From the NCBI GenBank assembly GCA_041662625.1, contig JBAZSB010000001.1, positions 617,385 to 681,384 of the forward strand: a stretch of 64,000 nt of DNA, written 5' to 3'. A program made the position numbers and the translations under genes. Of this stretch, positions 46,420-56,215 are shown piece after piece. Each line of letters begins with the position of its first letter. The first letter of the stretch is position 1. The DNA comes from Patescibacteria group bacterium (lineage in GTDB: Bacteria > Patescibacteriota > Patescibacteriia > Buchananbacterales > UBA6539). The notes under the pieces were generated by a model. It saw only the letters and a program-made list of their open reading frames with translations. It did no database searches and had not been told where the DNA came from.

Positions 46420-49380
46420 ATGACCAAAAAATCAATCATTTTTTCCTTAACTGTAGCTTTTTTTGTTTTAGTGACATGTTTTTATTCTCTAACTTTTGCC
46501 CGGGCGGAAAATGACTATAACGGTAAAATTGTTAAAATGAATGGCTTAACCAGTCTTTATTATGTTGCTTCAAACGGAAAACGCTATGTCTTTCCGAGTG
46601 AAAAAATTTTTAAATCGTGGTTCCCGGATTTTAGTGATGTTATCACCATAGATTCCGGCGACCTGGCAGATATTCCTTTGGTTGGCAATGTCCTTTATCG
46701 CCCTGGCGTACTCCTGATTAAAATTAATACTGATCCAAAAATTTATGCCGTTACAAAAACCGGCATCTTGCGTTGGATTGAAACTGAAGCAATCGCCAAA
46801 GCACTCTATGGCGACAGTTGGAATCTTCTCGTTGATGATGTGTCTGATTCATTTTTTACTAATTATGCTATTGGAGAATCAATTGATGAGGTATCGGACT
46901 TCAATGCTGATGAAGAAGTCGAAGATACGGATACAATCGAAGCTAATCATGGTTTAGCTTTGGGCAATGCCAAACACGCCCGGACCAAAAAATGTGTTAT
47001 GTCAGGATCTATCCGGGTATGTGCGTCAAACGATAATAGTGGTAATGAAAGTAATAATAACAATAATGGTGATCCTTATATTACTGCGATTGAAGTTTCT
47101 AATAGCGGAGAGGCGGGATATATTGATGTTGATGACACTATCACTATTACTTTCAGTGAAGCTATTGACCCAAAATCAATTAATGCTAATCTCGAAAGAG
47201 GCGGCTATGTTAATGACGTTACTTATTCAAACACCGGTGGAGTCACGATTTCCTCATCAGGGAAAGTAACCGTTAATAACATTGCCTCTTTTAGCATGGG
47301 AACAGTTGATCTTTCGGAAACTTTCACGGCTAAATTAGACCTAAGTTCTAACGGAAAAATTTTAACCATTACCTTAACAAACGGAAGTGATGTTGAAATC
47401 GTCAGCGAAAATTTTGATAACGCTACTCAGGTTGGTGGTACTATCAAAGATTTGGCCGGAAAAGTAATGCCGAGCGATTCCAGTATTAATGATCCGACCG
47501 GGACTTTTGGCGGGGATAACAGCAGTAATCCTTATATAACTAAAATAGAAGTTGTTGATGGCGGAGAAGCGGGATATATTGATATTGATGACACTATCAC
47601 TATTACTTTCAGTGAAGCTATTGACCCAAAATCGATTAATAGCAACTTGGGAGCAGGCAATCAGGTTACCGGCATCTCATATTCACAAACCGGAGGAGTC
47701 AAAATTTCGTCATCCGGAAAAGTGACTATTAACGGTATTGCTTCTTTTGACATGGGAGCAGTTGATCTTTCGGAAACTTTCACTTCCAAACTCGCTCTTA
47801 GCTCTAATGGCAAAATTTTAACTATTACTTTGACTAGCGGCAGTGATGTCGAGATCGTTAACGAAGATTTTGATAATGCGAGTCAAACCGGCGGCACTAT
47901 TAAGGATTTAGCCGGTGATGGAATGGAAAGCGATTCCAGTATTAATGATCCGACCGGGACTTTTGGCGGAAACCTTTATAATAGCAGTGGCAATCCTTAT
48001 ATAACTAATATTAAGGTTTCCAACGGCGGCACAGAAGGATTTATTGACGCCGGTGACATTATTGAAATTACTTTTAATGAAGCCATTGACCCAAAATCAA
48101 TTAATAGCATTCTTGGGGCCGGAAGCTATATCACCGGCGTTTTGTCCACATCAAATGGCGGAGTCAGAGTTTCTTCATCAGGGGAAGTAATTATTAATAA
48201 CATTGTTTCTTTCGACATGGGTTCGATTGATTATTCAGAAACTTTCACGGCTAAACTAGCCCTTGATTCTAATAGCAAGGTTTTAACTATAACTTTGACC
48301 GGCGAAAACGATGCTGAAATCACCAACGAAGACTTCGACGTTGTTAGCCAGCTCGGCGGCTTTGTCAAAGATCTAGATGGTAATGCAATGGAAAGTGATT
48401 CTGGTATTAGTGATTTATCAGGAACTTTCGGAGGCAACTTTGATGATAGCAGTGGTAGTGGCAGTAACCCTTACATAACCGAAATTAAAGTTTCTAACGG
48501 CGGAGAAACGGGATATATTGATACCAGCGACAAAATTGCTATTACTTTCAGCGAAGCTATTGAGCCGGAATCAATTAATAGTGGACTTGACAGAGATGAT
48601 TCCGTTAATGGTATTTCGTATTCCCAAACCGGCGGAGTAAGAGTTTCGTCATCGGGAAAAATAACAATCAACAATATTGCTTCTTTTGACATGGGTTCAG
48701 TTGACGGTTCAGAAACTTACACTGTCAATTTGGCCCTCAATTCCAATGGCAGAGTTTTAACCATAACTTTGACTAGCGGCAGTGATGTTGAAATTACTGA
48801 TGAAGATTTTAGTGATACCAGCCAGACCGGTGGGATTATCGAAGATGAGGATGGTAATGAAATGCCTAGCGATACCAGTATTGGTGATCCGACTGGGACT
48901 TTTGGCGGAAAACTTTATAATAGTGGTGATGATAATAGTGCACCTTATATCACTGACATTCAAATTTCTAATGGCGGTGATTCCGGGTATATTGATACTA
49001 ATGACACGATTGAAATTACTTTCAGCGAAGCTATTGAACCAGAATCAATCAGCAGTAATCTTGAAGCCGGAAGCTATGTCACTAGTATTCCATATACATC
49101 AACTGGCGGAGTCAACGTTTTTGCCGCCGGCGCATTGTTTGTCGAAGGAATCTTTACCTTTGACGTCGGATCAGTTGAAAATTCTGGAATTTTTACCACT
49201 AAACTTGCCCTCAGTTCTAACGGTAAGATCTTGACCATTACTTTGACCAGTGGAAGTGATATCAAAATCACTAGTAAAAATTTTGACAGCACTAGCCAAA
49301 CCGGTGGCACCATCGAAGACGAATCTGGTAATGAAATGATTAGTAATTCCAGTATTAATGATCCGGATGGAAGTTTCTAG
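46420..49380 (+). CDS. Secreted protein with five ~150-aa Ig-like tandem repeats
   Basis: N-terminal YYVASNGKRYVFP domain; five copies of PYIT.I.V.NGG..GYID..D.I.ITFSEAI.P.SI. Confidence 0.85.
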   Translation: MTKKSIIFSLTVAFFVLVTCFYSLTFARAENDYNGKIVKMNGLTSLYYVASNGKRYVFPSEKIFKSWFPDFSDVITIDSGDLADIPLVGNVLYRPGVLLIKINTDPKIYAVTKTGILRWIETEAIAKALYGDSWNLLVDDVSDSFFTNYAIGESIDEVSDFNADEEVEDTDTIEANHGLALGNAKHARTKKCVMSGSIRVCASNDNSGNESNNNNNGDPYITAIEVSNSGEAGYIDVDDTITITFSEAIDPKSINANLERGGYVNDVTYSNTGGVTISSSGKVTVNNIASFSMGTVDLSETFTAKLDLSSNGKILTITLTNGSDVEIVSENFDNATQVGGTIKDLAGKVMPSDSSINDPTGTFGGDNSSNPYITKIEVVDGGEAGYIDIDDTITITFSEAIDPKSINSNLGAGNQVTGISYSQTGGVKISSSGKVTINGIASFDMGAVDLSETFTSKLALSSNGKILTITLTSGSDVEIVNEDFDNASQTGGTIKDLAGDGMESDSSINDPTGTFGGNLYNSSGNPYITNIKVSNGGTEGFIDAGDIIEITFNEAIDPKSINSILGAGSYITGVLSTSNGGVRVSSSGEVIINNIVSFDMGSIDYSETFTAKLALDSNSKVLTITLTGENDAEITNEDFDVVSQLGGFVKDLDGNAMESDSGISDLSGTFGGNFDDSSGSGSNPYITEIKVSNGGETGYIDTSDKIAITFSEAIEPESINSGLDRDDSVNGISYSQTGGVRVSSSGKITINNIASFDMGSVDGSETYTVNLALNSNGRVLTITLTSGSDVEITDEDFSDTSQTGGIIEDEDGNEMPSDTSIGDPTGTFGGKLYNSGDDNSAPYITDIQISNGGDSGYIDTNDTIEITFSEAIEPESISSNLEAGSYVTSIPYTSTGGVNVFAAGALFVEGIFTFDVGSVENSGIFTTKLALSSNGKILTITLTSGSDIKITSKNFDSTSQTGGTIEDESGNEMISNSSINDPDGSF

Positions 49381-49450
49381 AGGCTAAATATTATATCTTT
49401 CTCACCAAAAAATCGCCTAACAGGCGATTTTTTGCTATAATCAAACTACT

Positions 49451-49687
49451 ATGATTATAAAAATTCTAGGTTTGGGCTGTCCCAATTGCCAAAAATTAGA
49501 AGCTAATGCCAAAAAAGCCGTGGAAGAACTTGGCTTGGATGCCAAAGTGGAAAAAGTGACTGACTTTGCCAAAATTGCCCAATACGGCGCCATGGCGATG
49601 CCGGCTTTGGTAATTAATGAACAGCTGAAAATCGCCGGGCGGATACCAGACGTTGAAGAGATAAAAAAATTACTAAAAAATGATTAA
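49451..49687 (+). CDS. Small thioredoxin-like redox-active disulfide protein
   Basis: IKILGLGCPNC, YG.MAMPALVIN. Confidence 0.9.
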   Translation: MIIKILGLGCPNCQKLEANAKKAVEELGLDAKVEKVTDFAKIAQYGAMAMPALVINEQLKIAGRIPDVEEIKKLLKND

Positions 49688-50639
49688 AGCTTTCAGCGAC
49701 TATTTAGCTTTTACGGTCTTTGGCCTTGGCCAAAATTCAGCGCTTGGCAAAAGTGTGGAGTTTTTTATTAATGACAGCATTAAAATCTTGCTACTGCTAC
49801 TGGTCATCACTCACCTAATGAGTTTAGTCCGTTATTACCTACCAATTGAAAAAATCAGGGATTTCCTCACTGCAAAAAAATTCTACGGTCTGGATTATTT
49901 TCTCGCCTCATTATTTGGTGCCCTCACGCCATTTTGTTCTTGTTCCTCCATTCCTTTATTCATCGGCTTTTTGGAGGCCAGGATTCCACTGGGGGTCACT
50001 TTTGCTTTTTTAATTACTTCGCCTTTAATTAATGAAGTGGCTCTGGCCTTGTTTGTCGGACTGTTCGGCTGGAAAGTCACAATTATCTACGCGGCGTCAG
50101 GAATTGCCATTGGCATGATTGGCGGCTATATTTTGGGAAAGTTAAATTTAGAAAAATATGTTGAGAAATTTATCTGGCAGATCAAAACAGATAATCGCGG
50201 GCCGCAAGCTAAAAAATTACCCCTAAAAAAAGTCTTAGTCATTGTCACCAAAGAGGCATTAGGTATTACCAAACAAATAACCCCCTACCTATTGGCTGGG
50301 ATTGCACTCGGTGCTTTGATTCATGGCTATATTCCCCAAGGCTTTTTTGAAAAATATATTACTAAAGACAATTTATTTGCCGTGCCGCTAGCAGTTCTCA
50401 TCGGCATACCGCTTTATTCCAATGCCAGCGGGGTGATTCCGGTCATTCAGGCGCTGGTAGCCAAAGGTTTGCCACTGGGAACGGCTTTGGCTTTTATGAT
50501 GGCAACCGTTGGTCTTTCCCTGCCGGAAGCTTTGATTTTAAAAAAAGTTATGAAGTGGCAGCTTTTAGCGGCATTCTTTGGAATAGTGGGTTTAGGAATA
50601 ATTATTTTAGGCTATCTATTTAATATCATTTTGTCTTAA
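49680..50639 (+). CDS. ArsP/DUF318 family permease
   Basis: TPFCSCSSIP, FLITSPLINE, GLSLPE. Confidence 0.9.
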   Translation: MIKAFSDYLAFTVFGLGQNSALGKSVEFFINDSIKILLLLLVITHLMSLVRYYLPIEKIRDFLTAKKFYGLDYFLASLFGALTPFCSCSSIPLFIGFLEARIPLGVTFAFLITSPLINEVALALFVGLFGWKVTIIYAASGIAIGMIGGYILGKLNLEKYVEKFIWQIKTDNRGPQAKKLPLKKVLVIVTKEALGITKQITPYLLAGIALGALIHGYIPQGFFEKYITKDNLFAVPLAVLIGIPLYSNASGVIPVIQALVAKGLPLGTALAFMMATVGLSLPEALILKKVMKWQLLAAFFGIVGLGIIILGYLFNIILS

Positions 50640-50661
50640 AGCTTAAAAAGGGATATAATAA

Positions 50662-51168
50662 ATGCATATGAAAAAACTACTTTTATTATCATTACTAGCA
50701 ACTACTATCGCCTTGTCTGGTTGTATACCCACAATTACTCCCACCAATCAAAATCAACCAGAGATCAATAGCAATACTAACACTGTACCAAACGGAAATA
50801 AACTTGATTTAAGCAATCGAGGCCTAACGCAAGTTTCTCAGGATGTTTTCAAAATGACAAATTTACAAGAACTTAATGTTTCAAATAATAAGTTAACCGG
50901 CGCCTTACCTGCAGAAATCAGACACTTACAAAAACTACAAATACTTGATGCTTCTAATAATCAAATGACTGGCGTACCGGCAGAAATTGGCCAACTGCAG
51001 AACTTACAAATACTTAACCTGGCTAATAACCAGCTGACTGGATTACCATATGAGCTAGGCAACTTAAAAAAATTAAAAGTCTTAGACCTATCTGGTAATA
51101 ACTATTCGACTCAAGATCTTGAAATCATCCGCCAAGGTTTACCCCCTGACGTCAATATCATTTTGTGA
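50662..51168 (+). CDS. Leucine-rich-repeat lipoprotein
   Basis: LSGC lipobox; L..L.LSNN.LTG.LP.EIG repeats. Confidence 0.9.
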   Translation: MHMKKLLLLSLLATTIALSGCIPTITPTNQNQPEINSNTNTVPNGNKLDLSNRGLTQVSQDVFKMTNLQELNVSNNKLTGALPAEIRHLQKLQILDASNNQMTGVPAEIGQLQNLQILNLANNQLTGLPYELGNLKKLKVLDLSGNNYSTQDLEIIRQGLPPDVNIIL

Positions 51169-51272
51169 TTCGGTAATAAATTTTCTTGAATTCAAAAACC
51201 AAAAAACCGCCTGACGACAAACTCAGAGCGGTTTTTTGTTAGGCTCAGTATAGCGCGAAAATTCTGAGTCAA

Positions 51273-51482
51273 TTAAGCTTTCTGGGTTTTGGCCTTAAAG
51301 GTGGACTCCAAGACATGGTAACGCGGTTGTTTGCTGTTGTTGTCGTCTTCATTCCATTTCTTGTTTTGAAAAACGGCAACCCGCTTGCCATCAATCTCGC
51401 CAGTTAAAGCCGGCCCTTTTTCGCTCTTGGCCTTATTGACCCAAAGCGCTCCGAGCCTGTTCGAACTTTGATTTTGTGCCAT
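51273..51482 (-). CDS. Small hypothetical protein (DUF736-like)
   Basis: RLGALW, LTGEI, VFQNK, QPRYHV. Confidence 0.6.
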   Translation of the reverse strand: MAQNQSSNRLGALWVNKAKSEKGPALTGEIDGKRVAVFQNKKWNEDDNNSKQPRYHVLESTFKAKTQKA

Positions 51483-51533
51483 AGGGTTATGGTTAGTTAA
51501 GAATAAGCATGGATTAGTTTAAAAATTAGAAAG

Positions 51534-52026
51534 TTTGTTTAGCGAGTACAGTTTATACAGCGAGTTTGGCGAGTTAAGTTTTGCTATTTTTTATTTGGCA
51601 TTGAACCCAAGCGTTAAGCATTTTGCCAACCTCATCACATAGACTTATTATTTTTTCATAAGCTTCGTCTGATATATAATTTAAATCTTTAGCAATCAAT
51701 AGTTGATATTTGGTTTCCTCCAAAGAACCTCTGGAAATACTATAAAAGTGCAGGCTTTCTTTAACTGATAATCTACTAAAACCTTCAACAATATTTGAGG
51801 CAATAGAAACCGCTGCCCGGCGCAGTTGCTGAACTAAAGCATATTTTTCGTCTAAAGGAAAATTCTTAGTCATCCGGTAAATTTCCAATACCAATTTATG
51901 AGCTTTATTCCAAACCTTTAGTTCCTTGAAAATTTTGACATTTGCCATAAGTTTATATTTATTGAGTGAAATTAAGTGCCCATAAACTGTACTGACTGAA
52001 CTCGCTGACCTCGCTGTACTCGCTAT
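51534..52026 (-). mobile_element. Four-helix-bundle cassette bounded by inverted 9-mer repeat arms
   Basis: Left arm AGCGAGT repeats at 51534-51577; right arm ACTCGCT repeats at 51983-52026. Confidence 0.6.
51574..51948 (-). CDS. Four helix bundle protein (23S rRNA IVP / TIGR02436 family)
   Basis: FKELKVWNKAH, FP.DEKYAL..QLRRAAVSIASNIVEG, SRGSLEE..YQL. Confidence 0.93.
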   Translation of the reverse strand: MANVKIFKELKVWNKAHKLVLEIYRMTKNFPLDEKYALVQQLRRAAVSIASNIVEGFSRLSVKESLHFYSISRGSLEETKYQLLIAKDLNYISDEAYEKIISLCDEVGKMLNAWVQCQIKNSKT

Positions 52027-52147
52027 TTAATACAAAAAACGCCCTTTTTTGGCGCTATGTTGATTGGCTTAAGTTTTACTATTCTTAGGTTAGCAAAGCC
52101 CAATTGACCTGTCAAGGCCGCTTTATGCTATAATAAAGCTAACCTAT

Positions 52148-52492
52148 ATGACCAGCATCTACGAAAAAATTTTTGGCAAAGTGAAAAAGGGTAGCCTTTA
52201 CACCAGCCAGGGTAACTTCGGCGGCTCTTATAGCTCTTCCAGCCTGCGTTCCTCAATGCAGAAGTTTAGGAATACACTTTACAGCGGCGTGGCCGGCAAA
52301 AATCTTTCCAAAGAAAATGCTGACTATATCATTTCCGTTATTGAACCCCATTTAAAAAATTTGCCGCTTGGCGGAAAATTATCCTATTCCACAAAACTGG
52401 CAATGCGGGAAAAACTCTGGCAATCAGTGCTAGCCGGAAAGCTTAGTAAAGAAGACTTTGAAGACGCCAAACACATAATTGAATTGTTCTGA
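52148..52492 (+). CDS. Hypothetical protein
   Basis: ORF with TATAAT upstream and terminator downstream. Confidence 0.65.
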   Translation: MTSIYEKIFGKVKKGSLYTSQGNFGGSYSSSSLRSSMQKFRNTLYSGVAGKNLSKENADYIISVIEPHLKNLPLGGKLSYSTKLAMREKLWQSVLAGKLSKEDFEDAKHIIELF

Positions 52493-52598
52493 TCTAGTTA
52501 TCGTCAGAAATAAAGAATCGCCCAATTGGCGATTTTTGCTATAATATTATAATTTGTAATTAATACAGAGAATTAAGCCTCTGTTTTTATTTTAAAAA

Positions 52599-53975
52599 TT
52601 ATTGGTTGATTGGTTCGCTGTGAACAACCACGCGCTCAATTGCCGGCATTTGCTGCCGGGCCAAATATTCAATCCGGCTGGAACTGCTATGAGCGTCTTC
52701 TAGAGAAACTTGATTTTCAAAAGTGGCATGAACGGTAATAAAATAATTTCTACCAAATTTTTTGATGGCAATATTATGGATATCTTTAAGCAAAGGCGAA
52801 TCTTTTTTTATTTTAGCAAACACCTGATTTATTTTTTCCGTTTCAGCCTCGCTCACTGCTTCCCCTTCTAGAGTCTTTGGGTCAACCGGTTCAATATGGG
52901 TATTAATGGTTACTTCTTCGGCCAATTCTTTTCTAATTTGATCTTCAAGCTGGCTGGCAATATCGTGGGCTTGCTGGACAGAAAAAGCATTACTAATTTC
53001 CAAGTCAAAACTAACATCCATTTTGCCGTTTAATGATTGAACGGCAATATCATGAACCGAAACATCGAAATTAGCCGCCACCATCTGTACTTTCTCGGCA
53101 ATTGTTTCGCTGGAAATCGCAATCGCTTTGGCACTGACCAGTAAATCAGCTTCGGGTAGATGTTTTTTGACTTCGTCTTCAACATTTTTAATAATTTGCT
53201 GAACTTTAGACTGCGCCAGTTTTCGATTGACATTAATTACTAGTTCGATAAAAAGGGAAGCCCCAGCCGGCCGGACTCTTAATTTTTCAATGCTTAAAAC
53301 ACCATCAACCTGGATAACAAGGGCTGAAATTTTTTCCGTTGTCCCCTGGGGTGCAGCGTCAATTAAAACATCAATAGTTCTTTTGCCCAACCGCCAACCG
53401 GCAATTATCACTAGTAAGGCAACAAACAAAGCGGCAATGGAATCGGCGCCATTGATGCCAAATAAAACCAACCCTAAACCTAAAAGGACAACGGCCGAAC
53501 TCCAAATATCGGAACTGAAGTGCAAGGCATCAGCCTCCAGCGCCTGACTTTTGGTTTGCTTGGCGACCCTGGCTAAGGCGCGGGAACGGGAAAAATCAAC
53601 AATAATTGAAATGATAATAATGGCAAAGGCATACCAGGCGGCGTCAACTTTGGCGGGTTCAAAAAATAACCGCTTAAGACTTTCGTAAATAATCCAGGCA
53701 CTGGTTAAAAAAAGCAGCCCGGTTTCAATTAAAGCTGAGACACTTTCGGTTTTGCCGTGGCCAAACTGGTGGCGGCTGTCAGCCGGTTTATCGGAAACCC
53801 GCACGGCAAAATAAGTCAAAAGCGCCGCGCCTAAATCCATGGCGGAATGAGCCGCTTCAGAAATTATACCCAAGCTGCCAGTCACTACCCCAACAACCAG
53901 TTTACCTAGCGTCAAAAATAAGCTGGCAAAAACCGAGCTCAAAGCTACAGATTGTTTTTGATTAGTTTTAGCCAT
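52599..53975 (-). CDS. Cation diffusion facilitator transporter with repeated C-terminal dimerisation domains
   Basis: SEAAHSAMD, HQFGHGKTE, ADALHFSSD; repeated AH.I...E and H.EP motifs. Confidence 0.92.
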   Translation of the reverse strand: MAKTNQKQSVALSSVFASLFLTLGKLVVGVVTGSLGIISEAAHSAMDLGAALLTYFAVRVSDKPADSRHQFGHGKTESVSALIETGLLFLTSAWIIYESLKRLFFEPAKVDAAWYAFAIIIISIIVDFSRSRALARVAKQTKSQALEADALHFSSDIWSSAVVLLGLGLVLFGINGADSIAALFVALLVIIAGWRLGKRTIDVLIDAAPQGTTEKISALVIQVDGVLSIEKLRVRPAGASLFIELVINVNRKLAQSKVQQIIKNVEDEVKKHLPEADLLVSAKAIAISSETIAEKVQMVAANFDVSVHDIAVQSLNGKMDVSFDLEISNAFSVQQAHDIASQLEDQIRKELAEEVTINTHIEPVDPKTLEGEAVSEAETEKINQVFAKIKKDSPLLKDIHNIAIKKFGRNYFITVHATFENQVSLEDAHSSSSRIEYLARQQMPAIERVVVHSEPINQ

Positions 53976-54099
53976 AAAAAGATTATTCTTTGTATTATAG
54001 CATATTACTCGAAAAACCAATAGAAAAAGATAAAAAAAAGAGGGGAACTGAGACCAGCTCACCTCATGTCGGGTCAGTCCCCGCAGTATCAGCATTAGG

Positions 54100-54444
54100 T
54101 TATTTCATCTGTCGGGTCAGTCCCCACAGTATCCGGACCAGTTTCCATGGTCCGATCTTTGCGAATAGCTTCCAATCAATTGGAGCTACTCCTTCCCTCG
54201 CTGTCGTCCGGTCGCCGCAAACAGCGACAAAGACCGGGAACAATACCGGTAGAAAAGCAGGGCAGACTCTGATCGTACCCCAAAACAAGTGGGGTAACAG
54301 ACTATCAAAACCTACCTTGCGGCTGTCGTTGGTAGGCAATGGGATTGCCTGCTCAAGCTCTCTGATGATCTCGCTTCTCCTCTGCTGACCACAGCCGGTC
54401 TTTGCTGCTTCATTCAGTAATGACATAACTCTCGCCGGTTTCAT
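54100..54444 (-). CDS. GC-rich orphan protein
   Basis: SD AGGAGGAG, promoter TTGACA at 54512-54507, hairpin downstream. Confidence 0.55.
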   Translation of the reverse strand: MKPARVMSLLNEAAKTGCGQQRRSEIIRELEQAIPLPTNDSRKVGFDSLLPHLFWGTIRVCPAFLPVLFPVFVAVCGDRTTAREGVAPIDWKLFAKIGPWKLVRILWGLTRQMK

Positions 54445-54566
54445 TGACGACTCCTCCTGTTTAGCCTATTTCGGCTGACCTTACATTATCCTAAATTATC
54501 AGTTTTTGTCAAGAGTCTTTATTACTAATTTTTGTTTTCTTATTTTCTCTATGATATAATTAAACT

Positions 54567-55493
54567 ATGATTATCAGTTTCATCGTTATTATTATAGGCC
54601 TCTGCCTGTTCGAAGTTATCAGCAGTGTTGACAACGCTGTCATCAATGCCAATGTTTTAAAGACCATGCCGGTGAAATACCGCAAGATTTTTTTATTTTG
54701 GGGAATTATTTTTGCCGTCTTTGTGGTTCGGGGGATTCTACCTTTTTTGATTGTCTGGCTGGCCAATCCAGCTTTATCGGTAGTAGAAGTCTTTACTTTC
54801 GTTTTTTCTTCCAATAAAGAAATAGAGGAATACGTCGAGCAGTCAAAACCCATCCTGCTTTTGGGCGGCGGCGTTTACTTGTTTTTTGTCTTTTTATCCT
54901 GGCTTTTTTTGGAAGAAAAAAAATACGCTTTTTTGGTAGAAAATTTTTTGCACCGCCAAAGCATTTGGTTTTATGCCATTGCCTCGCTAATGTTAACAAC
55001 AATTATTTATTTAAGCTTGAAAGAAAATCCCATCCTAGCGCTTTCCGCTTCAATTGGCGCTTCAGCTTTTTTTATTACCGATGGCTTTAAAAAGAACGCC
55101 GAAGAGCAAGAAAGAAAATTACTTGATCCAAATAATAAACTCAGTGCCTGGAGTAAAATTCTATATTTGGAAATTTTGGATGCCTCTTTTTCCATTGACG
55201 GCGTCATCGGCGCTTTTGCCTTTACCATTTCGATCCCCTTAATTATTTTAGGCAATGGCTTGGGTGCTTTTGTCGTCCGGGAAGTAACCATCCGCGGCAT
55301 TGATACAATTTCAAAGTTTGCCTTTTTGAAAAACGGCGCCATGTATGCCATTGGCGTTTTGGGAGCAATTATGATTTTAGAAAGTTTTGGCCGCGAATAC
55401 CCCTTTTGGTTAGCGCCCTTAACTACGACTTCACTGCTTGGTTTCTTTTTATATCTTTCAATCAAGCATCTTAAACTGACAGAAAAAAAATAA
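54567..55493 (+). CDS. TerC-like (DUF475) membrane protein
   Basis: EVISSVDNAVINA, LYLEILDASFSIDGVIGAFA, LKNGAMYAI. Confidence 0.88.
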   Translation: MIISFIVIIIGLCLFEVISSVDNAVINANVLKTMPVKYRKIFLFWGIIFAVFVVRGILPFLIVWLANPALSVVEVFTFVFSSNKEIEEYVEQSKPILLLGGGVYLFFVFLSWLFLEEKKYAFLVENFLHRQSIWFYAIASLMLTTIIYLSLKENPILALSASIGASAFFITDGFKKNAEEQERKLLDPNNKLSAWSKILYLEILDASFSIDGVIGAFAFTISIPLIILGNGLGAFVVREVTIRGIDTISKFAFLKNGAMYAIGVLGAIMILESFGREYPFWLAPLTTTSLLGFFLYLSIKHLKLTEKK

Positions 55494-55564
55494 TAAATTA
55501 TAAAAATAAAATCGCCAATCCGGCGATTTTTACTTGCCCACTCTTGGGTAGGATATAAAAAAAT

Positions 55565-56215
55565 ATGGATAAAAAAATTTTTATTGCCCTGACTCTTTAT
55601 TTAACTGCCCTTTTTGCCTCCAACACCTTGGGGATTAAATTGATGCCTTTTATTTTTGGTACTCATCTATCAGCGGCAATTTTTGCTTTTCCCATTGTTT
55701 TTTTAATGACTGATGTCATTGGTGAAGTTTACGGCAAAACACTGGCCCGGCTTTTTGTTAAAATGGGATTTTTTAGCACCCTGTTTTTCTTAGGCTTAAA
55801 CTGGCTTTCCAATGTCATGCCGGCCTCCCCAGATTTTTTTATGTTGCAGTCTTATAATGAAATTTTCGGCCTTTCTTTCCGTTTCGCCCTGGCGTCGCTT
55901 GCCGCCTTTGTCGTTGGCGAATACCAAGACGTTTTCTCTTTCTTTTTTCTTAAGGCCAAACTGGGCGGCAAACATTTCTGGCTCCGGTCTAACCTCTCCA
56001 ACCTCTGGGGTCAGCTGATTGATAGCGTAATTTGGTCCCTAATTGCGTTTTTGGGCGTCTATTCCCTAAAAATGATTGTAATGATCATCATCCCCTGGTG
56101 GCTGTTTAAAGTCGGCATGGGCATTATCTATACTCCCCTGAGTTATTTAGGCATAAGGCTTTTAAAAGGCAAATCATCATCTCCGGCTTTAAGTGACCAA
56201 GAATTAAAATCTTAA
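55565..56215 (+). CDS. Queuosine precursor transporter (YhhQ/DUF165)
   Basis: FPIVFLMTDVIGEVYG, ASL.AF, WLRSNLS, QLIDS. Confidence 0.9.
   Translation: MDKKIFIALTLYLTALFASNTLGIKLMPFIFGTHLSAAIFAFPIVFLMTDVIGEVYGKTLARLFVKMGFFSTLFFLGLNWLSNVMPASPDFFMLQSYNEIFGLSFRFALASLAAFVVGEYQDVFSFFFLKAKLGGKHFWLRSNLSNLWGQLIDSVIWSLIAFLGVYSLKMIVMIIIPWWLFKVGMGIIYTPLSYLGIRLLKGKSSSPALSDQELKS

Noticed and set aside
51574-51948. Diversity-generating retroelement (Avd-like protein)
   Set aside because: No reverse transcriptase and no TR/VR pair differing at adenines seen in the window
53976-54095. N-terminal extension of the CDF transporter ORF
   Set aside because: It runs through a terminator/repeat and promoter region; ATG at 53975 fits the family start
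55494-55564. preQ1 riboswitch upstream of the queuosine precursor transporter
   Set aside because: Only a terminator-like hairpin is present; no preQ1 consensus recognised
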